Part shown: positions 10,401 through 22,328 of the stretch, piece by piece
How positions within the stretch are numbered: the first letter of the stretch is position 1
Layout of the letters: each line of letters begins with the position of its first letter
Source of the DNA: Octopus sinensis
Taxonomy: Eukaryota
DNA: 64,000 nt
Direction: 5' to 3'
Assembly: GCF_006345805.1 (NCBI RefSeq)
Contig: NC_043000.1
Location: 127,906,001-127,970,000, forward strand
Translations under genes and position numbers: made by a program
Notes under the pieces: model-generated
Told to the model about the DNA's origin: nothing
Database searches by the model: none
What the model saw: only the letters and a program-made list of their open reading frames with translations

Positions 10401-13400
10401 AGGAGAGGACTCGTGGTTCATCACTATTCTATGGCATAATTATTTTTTTATACTTAAGAGACCATCTCCATTCAAAAGATGAAAATTACAGAAAGACTGT
10501 GACCATAACAGAGGAAGTATAATAGAAAATAATCACAAGCAATATACTCAAATACATCCTGAAGTTGTTGTGAAATAAAGACTTACTAATTAGAAGTTTA
10601 AATGAAGAAATTTCAAACTAAAAATCTAAAGTCTGGAACACTCATTTCAGAAATTATTTTATTTCCATTTATGTAGGCATAGGCATGGTTGAATGGTTAA
10701 GGAGCTTGCTTTGCTAACCATGTGGTTTCAGGTTCAGTCCCACTGAGCGATGCCTTTTATTATAGCCCTGGGCCAATGAAGCCTTGTAAAGGAATTTGGT
10801 AGATGGATATTGTATGAAAGCCCATTGTGTGTGAGTGCGTGTGTGTGTGTGAGAGAGAGAGAGAGAGAACCAATGTTAGCTTGTTTACATCCCTGTAACT
10901 TAACAGTTTGGCAAATAAGACTAATAGAAAAAGTATCAGACTTTAAAAATAAGTACTGGGATCGATTTGGTCAACTAAAACCCTTCAAAGTAGTGCCCCA
11001 GAATGGCCATAGTCCAATGTTTGGAACAAGTAAATGACAAAAAAATGTCGGAGTTGCAGCTATCACACCAACAACTACCATCATTAAAAGAAAAATTTCA
11101 GAAAACTGGAATAAGAAAATTTAGTTTTCAGCTTACCCTGAAACCATATAGAAACATTTTAACTTTATACAAAGTCCAACCATTCATAAAACTTTAACTT
11201 TATAAGCTCAAAAATCAATACATTAACTTTCTGACTTGCATCCTACATTTCCTGTGCCACGTGAGAAGAGCCTTGTCCATTCTGTAAAGTGGCTGGCATT
11301 AGGAAGGGCATCCAACTGTAAAAACAATACCAAACAGATCTAGCCAGTGTTGGTGCCAAGCAAAAAGCACCTAGCCCACTCTGTAAAGTGATTGGCATTA
11401 GAAAGGCCATCCAGTCATAGAAACCAGACAGTGGAGCTCGATGCAGTCCTCTGGCTCATCAACTCCTGTCAAACCAGGCCAACACAGAAGACAGACATTA
11501 AATTATGATGGCACCCATGCTGGTGGCATGTAAAAAGTACTCTTCAGATGTTGGACCTCACAGGGGCAGTGACAAGTGACTGAGACCTTTGGCGATACAC
11601 CATGCTTAAGAAGACCTGTGAAGCCAAATGAGATCATAGTCATGGCCAACGCCAGTGTTTTGTAACTGGCACCCATGCCAATGGTATGTAAAAAGCACCC
11701 ACTACACTCTTGGAGTGGTTGGCGTTAGGAAGGGCATCTAGCTGTAGAAACCATGCCAAATCAGATTGGAAACTGGTGCACCTCCCCAGCTTAGCAGTTT
11801 TCAGTCAAACCATCCAACTCATGTCAGCATGGAAGACAGACATTAAATGATGATGATGATGATATTGAAGCTGAACCCTGGTCCACCATCATGTTTTGGG
11901 GATTTGTTGCGTCTGAGGGAAGGGGCATATCTATAGCTGTCACAGGTCTTCTGAGATCAGAGTGATTAATGCCACTGATGCTTCACTTGAACTCTTGTAA
12001 GTCAACACCTGAGGGATAGCCATCAGCAGGAACAGAATTCTGGGGGATTGATTTCTGAGCAGGACAGACTGGATGTAGCGATTAGTATATGATCTGAGGA
12101 CTTGGACATAACAAGGGTTATGAGAGAAGAGAGGAGTGGATCAGGAATGCTTGAGTGGAGGTGGTATCAACCCAGCTAGCTCAAGAGTAGAGGTCATTAT
12201 AGTATGTGTAGAAAAGGGAGGCTGGAGTCCCTCTGTGAGTGACAAAGTCAATCATTCAACTGGCTCTTTTCTGGATACAGTGTAGGATACCAGTATGTGC
12301 AGTAGCATCACCTTTCCATGAGTGAGAGGAACACTCCATGGTAGCCCTCAATCAGGTTTTATAGAGTGTTAATAATTGTTGAAGTATTTTCTGGTCTTGA
12401 AGAAAAGAGCCAGGTGCATTTCTTTAAATAAAGAGGATGAATCAATTTATAATTTGGTATGATCCCTTGCAATCTAGAATGTCTAATTACAAATTGCAAT
12501 CTTAAATTCATTACTATTTCTAGATATTTGATTGTCAAGCATGTTGCTTTCATGTCCAGACTTGTAAAAATAAATCATTCTAAGTAGAAAAATTTTATGT
12601 TATATATATATACACATATATATATAATAATCTTTGCATTCTGTAGAGGAATTTTCACTTACAGCTAACATGCCAAAACACATCAATATTCTTTACCTTG
12701 CACTTCAACAACACAAAGTTAGCTCCATCAATAGCAACACAAAATTACTTTTAGATAAGAAAAGCATTAATCTTTATGTAGATCAACATGAAATGAATCA
12801 AAGTTCTCCCCCACCCCACCCTCTCTCTCTGTGTAACACAACACACAAATTGATGATCGCCTATTGTTAAACATCAAAGACTAAAAAAAGGTCAAACAGC
12901 TCCAGCAAAGCCACAACCAAGTGAACTGAATTAGTAAAACAGTAAAAGAATGGATATCATAAATACTTATGCATGAATGGCTGCATACGTGTGATTGAGT
13001 GAGTGAACATACATGCGTGCGTGCATGCGAGTGAGTAAATGAATGTGTGCGTGCGTGCGCGCGGGTTTGAGCGCGTGTGTGTGCGTATGTGTGTGTGTGT
13101 GTGTACACATTATATTGCATACAATATGTAGTATCACAGAAAATAGTGATATACCAAACTGCACAGCAAACAACAGAGAAAAACAGAATTTAAAACTATG
13201 ATGATAATAATTACATCATCACGTTCCATGTTAGCATGAATTGTACAGTTTCACAGGATCTGATGGGTCCAAGGAACTGCATCGTGCTGCAGGGTTTCAT
13301 TTTTGGCAAGGTTTCTATTATTTTATAAAAGCCTAGTACTTATTCTATTGATCTCTCTTGCCGAACGGCTAAGTTATAGGGACGTAAACACACAGCACCG

Positions 13401-14263
13401 GTTGTCAAGCGGTGGTTGGGGGACAAACACAGGTAAAGACACACACAAGTTTCTTTCAGTTTCCGCCAATCAAATCCACTCACAAAGGTTTGGTCGACCC
13501 AAGGATATAGGAGACACTTGCTCAAGGTGCCACGAAGTGGGGCTAAACCCCGAACCTGTAGTTGGATTAATCCTCTACACATTATCAGGGAAGGGGTTGA
13601 GTAAAATAAAAGATTATCAATACTAGTGTAATTAAGTTAGTAACCAGGATCAATGACGAGCGACAAAAACTTGACACGAAAATATACTATCGCGAAATAA
13701 AAGTAATCTATAATATAGGCATATCTACAGTTTAGTGCCCCACGACTCTGCCTCTTCATAACTTTCTTAAAATTACTTTTTAATTTTGCGGTGATAAGTT
13801 TTTGAATTTATAAGACGACGATGTTGATAGAATTATAGATTTTTCAGCGGAGTTTCGAACCATTTACATTCATACGACTTTCGTCGTAACTGTTTAAAAT
13901 GTTTTTTTTTTTAAATTAAATACTGCCGAAAAAAGCTTTCGGAGTGATCTGGGGATCTACCATAAAAAGTATTATTATTATCATCATAATCGTAAAACTA
14001 CATTCTCGAAAATGTTTCTCTACAAAATTTTGTTTTAAAAAAAAATCTGCATTTTAAAGAACGTGGTGAAATATGAAAGTTGGACGAGGAAGGCACCAAA
14101 CTATAGTTATGCTCGGTATATGTAGACTTCAAATGACTGTCATGACTCTTCCAATATAATCGAAATATATAAATAAGAGAGCAGTATAAATATCCTTGTG
14201 AACATCACTAAAATTCTACTTGTGAGAAAGCTAAGTTATCCCCCTTTAATTATTGCACAATCG

Positions 14264-14385
14264 AGCGCACTATTACTGCTTGGCTGTGCGCATGTGCGCG
14301 CGCACATAAGTTTTACAACTAGCGCACTGTTCCCGCTTAGCTGTATGCATGTGCACGTGCGCACACGTTTTGCATCTAGCGCACA
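14264..14385. repeat. Cluster of GCGCAC/GTGCGC motifs, probable hAT subterminal transposase-binding repeats
   Basis: gagcgcac, gtgcgcatgtgcgcgcgcac, tagcgcac (twice) and gtgcacgtgcgcacac within 120 bp, ~650 bp upstream of the transposase ATG. Confidence 0.45.
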
Positions 14386-14630
14386 AAAGAAATTAATATG
14401 CACTAAAAGGTTAGTTGCCTAAAATATATTAATTAGCAATTATACTTATTGAAAATAAACCTTTAGTTAAGTGTGTCTTTAAAGTTGTTCGTCGGTTTTT
14501 CAAATACTACGTTTGCACAACCAAAATCTACGACTCCTGTTCTGGTTTTTTCGGCAGCAACACGGCTGAGCCATTCATGTTTTATGGACAATCGTGAAGT
14601 TTAGGAAGATCCGGAGATGTTTCCAATTCT

Positions 14631-14952
14631 TATTTCTTTATTGCTGACAAGGGGCTAAACATAGAGGGGATAAAGTCAACCTCGGCCGAATTTGAACTCA
14701 GAACGTTGCGGCAGACGAAATACCTATTTCTTTACTACCCACAAGGGGCTAAACACAGAGAGGACAAACAAGGACAGACAAACGGATTAAGTCGATTATA
14801 TCGATCCCAGTGCGTAACTAGTACTTATTTAATCGACTCCGAAAGATGAAAGGCAAAGTCAACCTCGGCGGAATTTGAACTCAGAACGTAGCAGCAGACG
14901 AAATACCGCTAAGCATTTCGCCCGGCGTGCTAACGTTTCTGCCAGCTCGCCG
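14631..14952 (-). mobile_element. Tandem pair of tRNA-derived SINEs (5'-truncated + full length) with one shared 15-bp TSD
   Basis: Core tttgcctttcatc.ttcgg.gtcg...taagtac; TSD gatgtttccaattct at 14616-14630 and 14963-14977. Confidence 0.85.
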
Positions 14953-15019
14953 TTTCTAATTCGATGTTTCCAATTCTGCCGATAGCTTAATTTTTATACC
15001 AAAAGAATATTGGTTCACT

Positions 15020-16996
15020 ATGTCGGATACAAAAGAAGAGAAAGGCGTAAAGCGCAAAAGAACTGCAAGTTTGTTTAAAGATGAATGGCTTAATAAAATC
15101 GTAGAAACAGTTACACCGAAAGGTCACGAGGTCATGCACGTTCAGTTACGAGAAATCTTTGTGTACGATTCGGAAATTGGAGTCGTCTGTTTGTATTGTC
15201 GTGACGCGAAAGTTGCCGGAGTATTTGCTAGTGGAAAGAAGTGGGGTGATATTTGGAAACTTGACTTTCTGAAGCGTCACTTGACGAGTAAATCGCATTT
15301 GCACAGCGTTCAAAAGCTCAGACAACAAAACTCGTCATTTCCCTTTACAGGAGTGATGCGCATGTTACGCAAGAGTGCAGATGAACGAGAGCGGAAACGA
15401 TCAAACCCAGAGGAGATCAAAGTTCTTATTGACAATGTGTTATTAGCTATCAAAATGAACAACTCTTTACATTCCGTTCAACACATTAACGAACATATGG
15501 CAAAATACGTCCAACTCCCAGACAACTGGCAAAGCAAAAATTATGCCTTGGAATTCCTAGAGACTATCAACTATATTGTTCAGAAAGACATGTTTGAAGA
15601 AATAGCCTCAGCTGATTATCACACGTTAACAATCGATGAAAGTGCTGACATATCTTTCAACAAACGTTTCGTTCTCTACTTCAAATTCAGACCTAAAGAT
15701 TGTACTGTATATAAAACCTATTTTGGCGGAATAGTTCAGCTACAGGCATGTGATGCTGCTTCGATTGCTTTGGCAATCAAACAGTTTTATGATGAGATGA
15801 ACCTTGCACTCCATAAAATGGTGATGTTTGCATCTGACGGAGGATCAGTAATGCTAGGTTGTAATGGTGTCGCCACAAAACTGAAACAAGACATTCCATA
15901 CTTAGTCCAACAACACTGTGTAATACACCACGATGATCTAGGCATTGGTGATGCATGGGAAGAGGTTGAGTTATTAAGAGACATTGAAATTTTGATGAAA
16001 ACAATCTATATTGTATGTTCCCGATCTACTGGTACAAGATGCAAATTTAAAAAAATTGCAGAGGCCTCTGAAAATGAAGCTGTTAATTTCAGACTGCCTA
16101 ATGAGGCCAGATTGTTATCTAGACACTTTGCACTGCAGGCAATATTAGAAAATTATGAAGCACTGGTCATACATTTTGAGACAGAAAAGTTAAATGATCC
16201 TGTAACTAAATACTGTTACAAGAAATTGATAAACCTCACATACAAAGTAGCTCTACAGGTTTTAAATGACGTCTTTGAGGAAATAACCGCATTGTGCAAG
16301 ATTCTGCAAAAGACTGGCTTGACCACAATCGATTCACTTCATTTTGCTCGAGGCAAAATTAACAAGATAAGAAAACAGTATCTGGGAGACCATGTCCTGT
16401 GGAGCAACAAAGTTAAAGTTTTGCTAAGCCAACAGCATGAAGAAAACTTGAAAGTAGATACAAGTTCATTGTTGGCTTTTATAAATCATCTTTGTGTTCA
16501 TTTAGAAGAACGGTTTCCTGAAGATGAGGTACAAGAATGGTCAGCTTTTGATATCTCTGCAATTGTAGGATGCGAGTTCACCTTTGGTGATGAACAAGTT
16601 AATGCTTTATGTGTAAAATATCGGGACTTCTTAGCTGGAAATACTGTAATTGTCAGACAGTTTAATGATTTCAAATTTTCTGTGCAGGAAAAAATTAAAT
16701 CCAAACTGATTTCAAACTTTGCTCAAATGGTAACATTTGTACTTCAAAATGAACAGTTTTGTGACCTTGCAAAATTGATGGATATCGGAGGCACTTTTCT
16801 AGCATCTAGTGCAGACTGTGAAAGAGGTTTTAACATAATGAATCAACTCAAAAACAAGCTGAGAAACCATCTGGATGACTGTCATTTGGATATGCTAATG
16901 AGAATCAAAAGCTATCAATTAGATGGAAATCCTGTTAGTCTAGATAGAGTTTACAAAGAATGGGTAAATACCAAAGAAAAGAAAGAGGAAAAATAA
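15020..16996 (+). CDS. hAT-superfamily transposase or transposase-derived protein (ZNF862/C17orf113/PRKRIR-like), 658 aa, single exon
   Basis: Uninterrupted ORF. N-terminal CLYC...RHLTSKSH zinc finger; D206 (TIDESAD), D273 (ASDGGSVMLG), CxxH (HCVIH), E601 in the C-terminal dimerisation motif SSADCERGFNIMNQLKNKLRNHL. The RW motif reads RL. Confidence 0.88.
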   Translation: MSDTKEEKGVKRKRTASLFKDEWLNKIVETVTPKGHEVMHVQLREIFVYDSEIGVVCLYCRDAKVAGVFASGKKWGDIWKLDFLKRHLTSKSHLHSVQKLRQQNSSFPFTGVMRMLRKSADERERKRSNPEEIKVLIDNVLLAIKMNNSLHSVQHINEHMAKYVQLPDNWQSKNYALEFLETINYIVQKDMFEEIASADYHTLTIDESADISFNKRFVLYFKFRPKDCTVYKTYFGGIVQLQACDAASIALAIKQFYDEMNLALHKMVMFASDGGSVMLGCNGVATKLKQDIPYLVQQHCVIHHDDLGIGDAWEEVELLRDIEILMKTIYIVCSRSTGTRCKFKKIAEASENEAVNFRLPNEARLLSRHFALQAILENYEALVIHFETEKLNDPVTKYCYKKLINLTYKVALQVLNDVFEEITALCKILQKTGLTTIDSLHFARGKINKIRKQYLGDHVLWSNKVKVLLSQQHEENLKVDTSSLLAFINHLCVHLEERFPEDEVQEWSAFDISAIVGCEFTFGDEQVNALCVKYRDFLAGNTVIVRQFNDFKFSVQEKIKSKLISNFAQMVTFVLQNEQFCDLAKLMDIGGTFLASSADCERGFNIMNQLKNKLRNHLDDCHLDMLMRIKSYQLDGNPVSLDRVYKEWVNTKEKKEEK

Positions 16997-18968
16997 CAGT
17001 GAATTAAATATGTATGTTGCTTGTACTGTAATATATATTTTCTAAACCCTTTTAAATGGTGCTGTGTGTGAGAATTTTCACTTAAGCATGTGGATATCTT
17101 GTCAAGTGGCTTCATAATAAATGAGTGTTGATTTAACCATTTTCAGCAACTTTGAATAAGAATAACCTATGAATTGATAGGTATTACTGGTATTCGTTTC
17201 TTTAAACATCACAGCACATAAAAGAAATGTTCATACGTGTTTTAAATCAAAGTAGCTCAAAGCATGGAGTAAGATCATAGATATGTTACTTTATAAAATG
17301 CAGTCATAATATATTTAAATGAGGTTGGAAACAAAAATCCACATGACAAACCCCCAACAACAACACATACTTTTGCACAAAAGATATTTTTTTAAAGAAA
17401 GCATACTGAATTATTTAAGGAAACTTATTAAAGAAAAAGAAATGGAATTTTGGAAGATTTTTTTTAAATTTGGTTCCATTTTAATAAAAGTTGATAAAAA
17501 TTTCAATAGGTTTTTATTTTTCCTGAAAATCTATGAACCTAAATTACTTTCAATAAATTTAGTATATTAAAATTCTTTAAAATATTCTTCCTTTAAAGAT
17601 AATTGTAATATTGTCATAAACCCTCATTAAAAACAAACTAATGTTAAAATAGATTGCCCCAAATTTATCTTGAAACATTTTCAGATTAGCATATACACAA
17701 GTATATACTGTCACAGGTAAAAATAAATTTGCACCACATGAAATTTTTTAGTAAATTTAGTACTACACATTAATGGAAACGTTGCATGGAGAGCAGTTAT
17801 TTATCCATCCTAAAAGGTGAAGGTGTATGGCCAAGTGGTTAGGGTGATGCACTCACAGTTGCAATATCATGCTTTTGATGCCAGGCCAGGTGATGCATTA
17901 TGTTCTTGAGTAAAAATTTCATTTTGCTTGGCTCCACTCCACTCAGCTGAGTGTGAGTGACCCTGTGACGAACCAAAATCCTATTCAAGGGGAATATTCT
18001 GCCACATACATGTCATAGAAAGCAGATAATTGCCCCCTATGAGCCCTAGAACTCAAGATGGTTATGACCAGGATTTGAAAATATAGCGGTGCATTGAATC
18101 AAATAGGATAATCAGTACCCTACAGATTTTGCCACCCCTACAGCCTTTTTCTAAAATTTGACTAGCTATAAAAGACTGAAAACTACCCACGATGTAATTT
18201 GAATATAGAAACATGACACACCAGTATAATTGTAAATATTACAAACGTGGATAAAAGTATAACTTGCGAGTATATTTTGATGTTTGTTTTAAAAGCTTAC
18301 ATTTACATTGTTCTTTGGTAACAAACGAAAAAAAAAACTTCAGCGTTATGGGAGATAACTCAATCTTATTTTTTGTTTTTAAAATCCTTTGTATCTCATC
18401 CGAACTATCATTATCGGTCTCAAATTTTTGCGCAAGGCCAGCAATTTCATGGGATGGGGTAAGTCGATTATATTGACCCCAGTACTCAATTGGTACTTAT
18501 TTTATCGACCTCCAAAAGGATGAAAGACAAAGTTGACCTTAGCAGACTTTGAACTCAGAATGTTAAGACAGACGAAACGACTCTGCATTTTGCCCAACGT
18601 GCTAACAATTCTACCAGCTTACTACCTCATCCAAACTATCACTATTAATATCACAAAGTAGAAATATTAAATACGCAACGTTCGAATTATCCCCACAATA
18701 TGAAAATACTCCATCATATATTGTATAAATGTAGGCATTAACACTTGCTAAAACAAAATTATATTGAAGTTATAACAGAATGGTTTGTAGTCCAGCATGG
18801 CCAGAGCCATGTGGCTAAAACTAGCCAGAGGGCAGAAAAGACTCACACAGGTACATGTTAAGGGACTATTAAATATTCCATAATTATACATGCAGACATT
18901 TTTTTCTTTTTTTAAGTTTCTTCACACCATTTAAAGGAAGAAGAAAAAAAGGAAAGTGTTATACTTAC

Positions 18969-19036
18969 ATCAGTCATAGGTGGTCCACATATCATAGAAA
19001 TTATGAATAAACGGATTTTGTCCTCGGGATTACCAG
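18969..19036 (-). CDS. SCFD1: SCFD1 exon 16, (A)GNPEDKIRLFIISMICGPPMTD; last exon found, no stop codon, gene continues
   Basis: Acceptor tttcaag, donor gtaagt; 68 nt; GxPEDKxRLF motif. Cumulative CDS 1374 nt = 458 codons. Confidence 0.93.
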
Positions 19037-20401
19037 CTTGAAATAGAAAAAAAAAAGGATATATGTCAGTGATGTTTTTAAAGTTACAAAATACACAAAC
19101 ACATGCTAAGGCTGTAAAAGCAAAATGAAAAAAAAATTGCAATGTAGTTATGAACGATAAGCAAGAGTAATTTTAAGATCACAATGGTGTTTATAAAATG
19201 CAATTTCCAATCATAAGATGGGCCACTTTTAATCTTATAAAGTCCAAATTTAGTGAACTAACAAAAAACTATTCATAAAACTAGTTCTTGTTTGAGAAGC
19301 TTTGTCTATTTTTCCATTGCAGCATAAAACATGGTTTTTATTAAAAAGTAATGAATAACTCATTAAAATGGATGTAACAATTGTGTCTATTGTGTTACTT
19401 CCGTTCTGTTGAAATCATTCAGCTATGGGAAATGAAAAAAAGAGAAAAAAATTATTGGAATAATTTGTATTAGTCAAAAGACTACAATTAAAATATAAAA
19501 CATTCATTGGTACATATTGAGATTTGTTTTATTAGAAATCAGGAAATCAATAACAGGTTCCCTCCACTCCTCTCTTGTTCCTTACACACACACAGACAAG
19601 CACACACAAATATATATAATTTTATTCGGTAGGATAGCTGGTATTAGTTATCCACAAAGTCATCCCTGCACTTTGCATTTTCTGTAGAAAAGGCAAAAGG
19701 AGGAACACAGTAAATTATTATAATGAGTAAACAAGTTGTGGAAACATAGTAGACTAATGTATTAACAAAGTTACACCACAGGTAATAGTATACTATGTGA
19801 AACCTACAGGCTATACAGGTGTTTACTTCATATACAAAGTCCAAATTTCACTACCATATATTCATCGGTTATTTGTTTTTACATGCTTAGATGCTAGCAT
19901 GACTCAAGCAAAAATATTAAGGAATTGCTCTGTGGCAGTAAGAGAGCTTTAGGTGAGTGTCTTCCATAGGCCAACCCACCTCAGTAAGCCTTACCAGTTT
20001 TTTAAGTAAGACATCTCTCATACTGCACATTCTCAAAAGTTCATAGCCAGCAGGTAATTCATTTACGGGAGAAATGACAACAATGACACCAAATCTAGCT
20101 CAGTGGTTTTTAGAGAAGATCAAATGCAAACACACACTCACTCTCTCATGCACATACATATGACTAGCTTCTTTCAGCTTCTATTGTTGCCTCTCTCAAG
20201 GTATTGGTCGGCCTCAGGCTACAGTAGAAGCCAAGGTGTTACACAGTGGGATTTAACCCAAAACCACAAGGTTGGGAAGCAAATTTCTTAACCACACAGC
20301 CATGCCAGCACCTATAATATACTATGTCTCCCCTAAATGTCATACATAGACATGCATAGGGACATGTGTAGGCTCGAAAGAAATGAAGCTAGTATGATCT
20401 G

Positions 20402-20725
20402 CTAGATGTGTAATGTCAGTGTGCATACACGACAGTGTAAGCGCACTGAGAGAAATATTGGACATAAGAAGCATTGGATGCGGTGTTCAAGAGAGACGTT
20501 TGTGCTGGTATGGTCATGTACTACGGATGGATGAGGAGAGACGTGTGAAGAAGTGCCACTCCCTAACAGTTGAAGGAATCCGGGGTAGAGGCAGACCCAG
20601 GAAGACATGAGATGAGGTGGTCAAGCATGACCTTCGAATGTTGGGCCACACAGAGGCAATGACGAAAGACTGAGACCTCTGGAGATATGCTGTGACTGCA
20701 AAGACCCGACAAATAAAGTGAGTTC
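20402..20725 (+). mobile_element. RTE LINE 3' fragment followed by a (GAT)n-tailed repeat to ~21110
   Basis: RRLCWYGHVLRMDEERRVKKC...GIRGRGRPRKT. Confidence 0.8.
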
Positions 20726-21150
20726 ACGGCTGTATCCTAGTTTTGCATAACCATTCAAAAGTACCTTGGATCGTAGGGTGATCTGCTGTGCTTGAGGAGA
20801 CCTACTGAGTCAAGTACATCAACATCAAAATAAAAAATCAAATGGAAATTGTAGTTGTGGTGCCGGTGGCATGTAAAAAGCACCAACCGATCATGGCCGT
20901 TGCCAGCCTCTTCTGGCCCCTGTGCCGGTGGCACATAAAAAGGACCCACTACACTCACAGAGTGGTTGGCATTAGGAAGGACATCCAGCTGTAGAAATAC
21001 TGCCAGATTAGACTGGAGCCTGGTGCAACCTCCTGGCTTCCCAGACCCCAGTCAAACCATCCAACCCATGCTAGCATGGAAAACAAACGTTAAACGATGA
21101 TGATGATGATGTATGAAATCATTGCAAGTGAAATGATAATTTAAACTCAC

Positions 21151-21187
21151 CTTCTGGATCTGAAATGATGTCCATTAAAGATTTGTC
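21151..21187 (-). CDS. SCFD1: SCFD1 exon 15, DKSLMDIISDPE
   Basis: Acceptor attttag, donor gtgagt; 37 nt; resembles remembered vertebrate DKSLLDIISDPD. Confidence 0.93.
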
Positions 21188-21374
21188 CTAAAATAAAAAT
21201 AAAATAAAAAAAGAATATAAGGAAATGATACTGGAAAATGTTTTATACTTCATCATATTCAAGTGACCACAATAGGGTTACTCCAAAGGGTTTCTTGAGT
21301 AACCTTACTCAACGGGGTGCCTCTCCAAATCAAGCCACTACTTTCACACATTAAGCAGTCATAGCTCCAGTACT

Positions 21375-21620
21375 ACAGACATGCAGTTAGAATGCTGCTG
21401 GTAAGGGTCACAAGACAGATTCTCCCAGCTGAGCCAACTAGTAGGAAACCTTGGGGTAGACCAAAAGTGAGATGGTTGAATAATATCCAAAGTTTCAGTA
21501 GGGCACATTTGGGAATCCAGCAGAAAAGGCTAATGATGTTTGCTTCTGATAAGACCCTATTGAGGAAGTGCTTAAGGAGTATCCCCATGACCCTCCCATG
21601 AATAGTGAGAGCAGGAAGCA
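21375..21620 (+). mobile_element. RTE-like LINE C-terminal fragment
   Basis: RQILPAEPTSRKPWGRPKVRWLNNI resembles the RTE C-terminal G.R..GRP..RW.D motif. Confidence 0.5.
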
Positions 21621-22268
21621 AAAATGGAAGGAAGATAGTTAAATTTGCAATGTTTTATTTAAACATTATTAACTTATTTTAACTTCATAACATTGGTTGA
21701 CCTAAATTTATGTGTGCAGTGTACTTGCTTTGAATCAGATGACAAAAATATACGCAGCCCTATATACTGCAGTTTTGTACTTGTTTGTGTACCAGTTGAT
21801 ATAAATATCCACTATCACCCACGGAATCGATAATAAAAGACCACTTTGCAAATTTCAAGGAATCTGAGAGGTTTGTTAACTCTTCATGTAAATATTTCCA
21901 ACTCAGTTCCAGACTTCATCACCAAAATAGTGTAAAAGCAGCAGCTTTGGCGGTTACACCACCATTTCCACTATGACTTCCTATCAAATTCACACACATT
22001 CAGCAAATTCTTTTGGTCCTTCACAGAATTTACAGTTGAATCCAGCTATGCCAATTTCGTTGAATTTACAATCCTCATAGTGATGACAGTTTACATAAAT
22101 AAACAGTGCATACTTTAAAGCAGTTGACATAAATATACATCGAACCGTTGTCATGCACTAATTGCTAATATTGGCTGAGGTGATTACTGTCAATGCAACC
22201 TAGTTGCCTGATAAAAAAACCCGCTGTCATGGGGTTAAAATGAATTCCTCAACAAGACTAAAACTTAC

Positions 22269-22328
22269 CAGAACAGATTTGCTCATCATTTTTTCTTCTG
22301 TTTCAAAATATACATCAAGTTTTCTAGC
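22269..22328 (-). CDS. SCFD1: SCFD1 exon 14, ARKLDVYFETEEKMMSKSVL
   Basis: Acceptor tttctag, donor gtaagt; 60 nt, phase 0-0. Confidence 0.96.

Larger units (their letters stand above)
13640..15540. promoter_or_regulatory. CpG-rich island, candidate promoter of the hAT-derived ORF
   Basis: CpG density much higher than surrounding DNA; embedded SINEs keep their CpGs. Confidence 0.45.

Noticed and set aside
11131-11145. Possible 1-nt microexon or recursive site on minus (ttcag G gtaagc)
   Set aside because: Expected by chance in 64 kb; no supporting context.
12881-13173. His/Thr/Ala-rich ORFs
   Set aside because: Translations of (TG/CG)n microsatellite; the same applies to the many YIYI/THTH/VCVC ORFs elsewhere.
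17770-17790. Right TIR candidate for the hAT element (reverse complement caacgtttccatta)
   Set aside because: No convincing left partner (14231-14250 is only weakly similar) and no 8-bp TSD.
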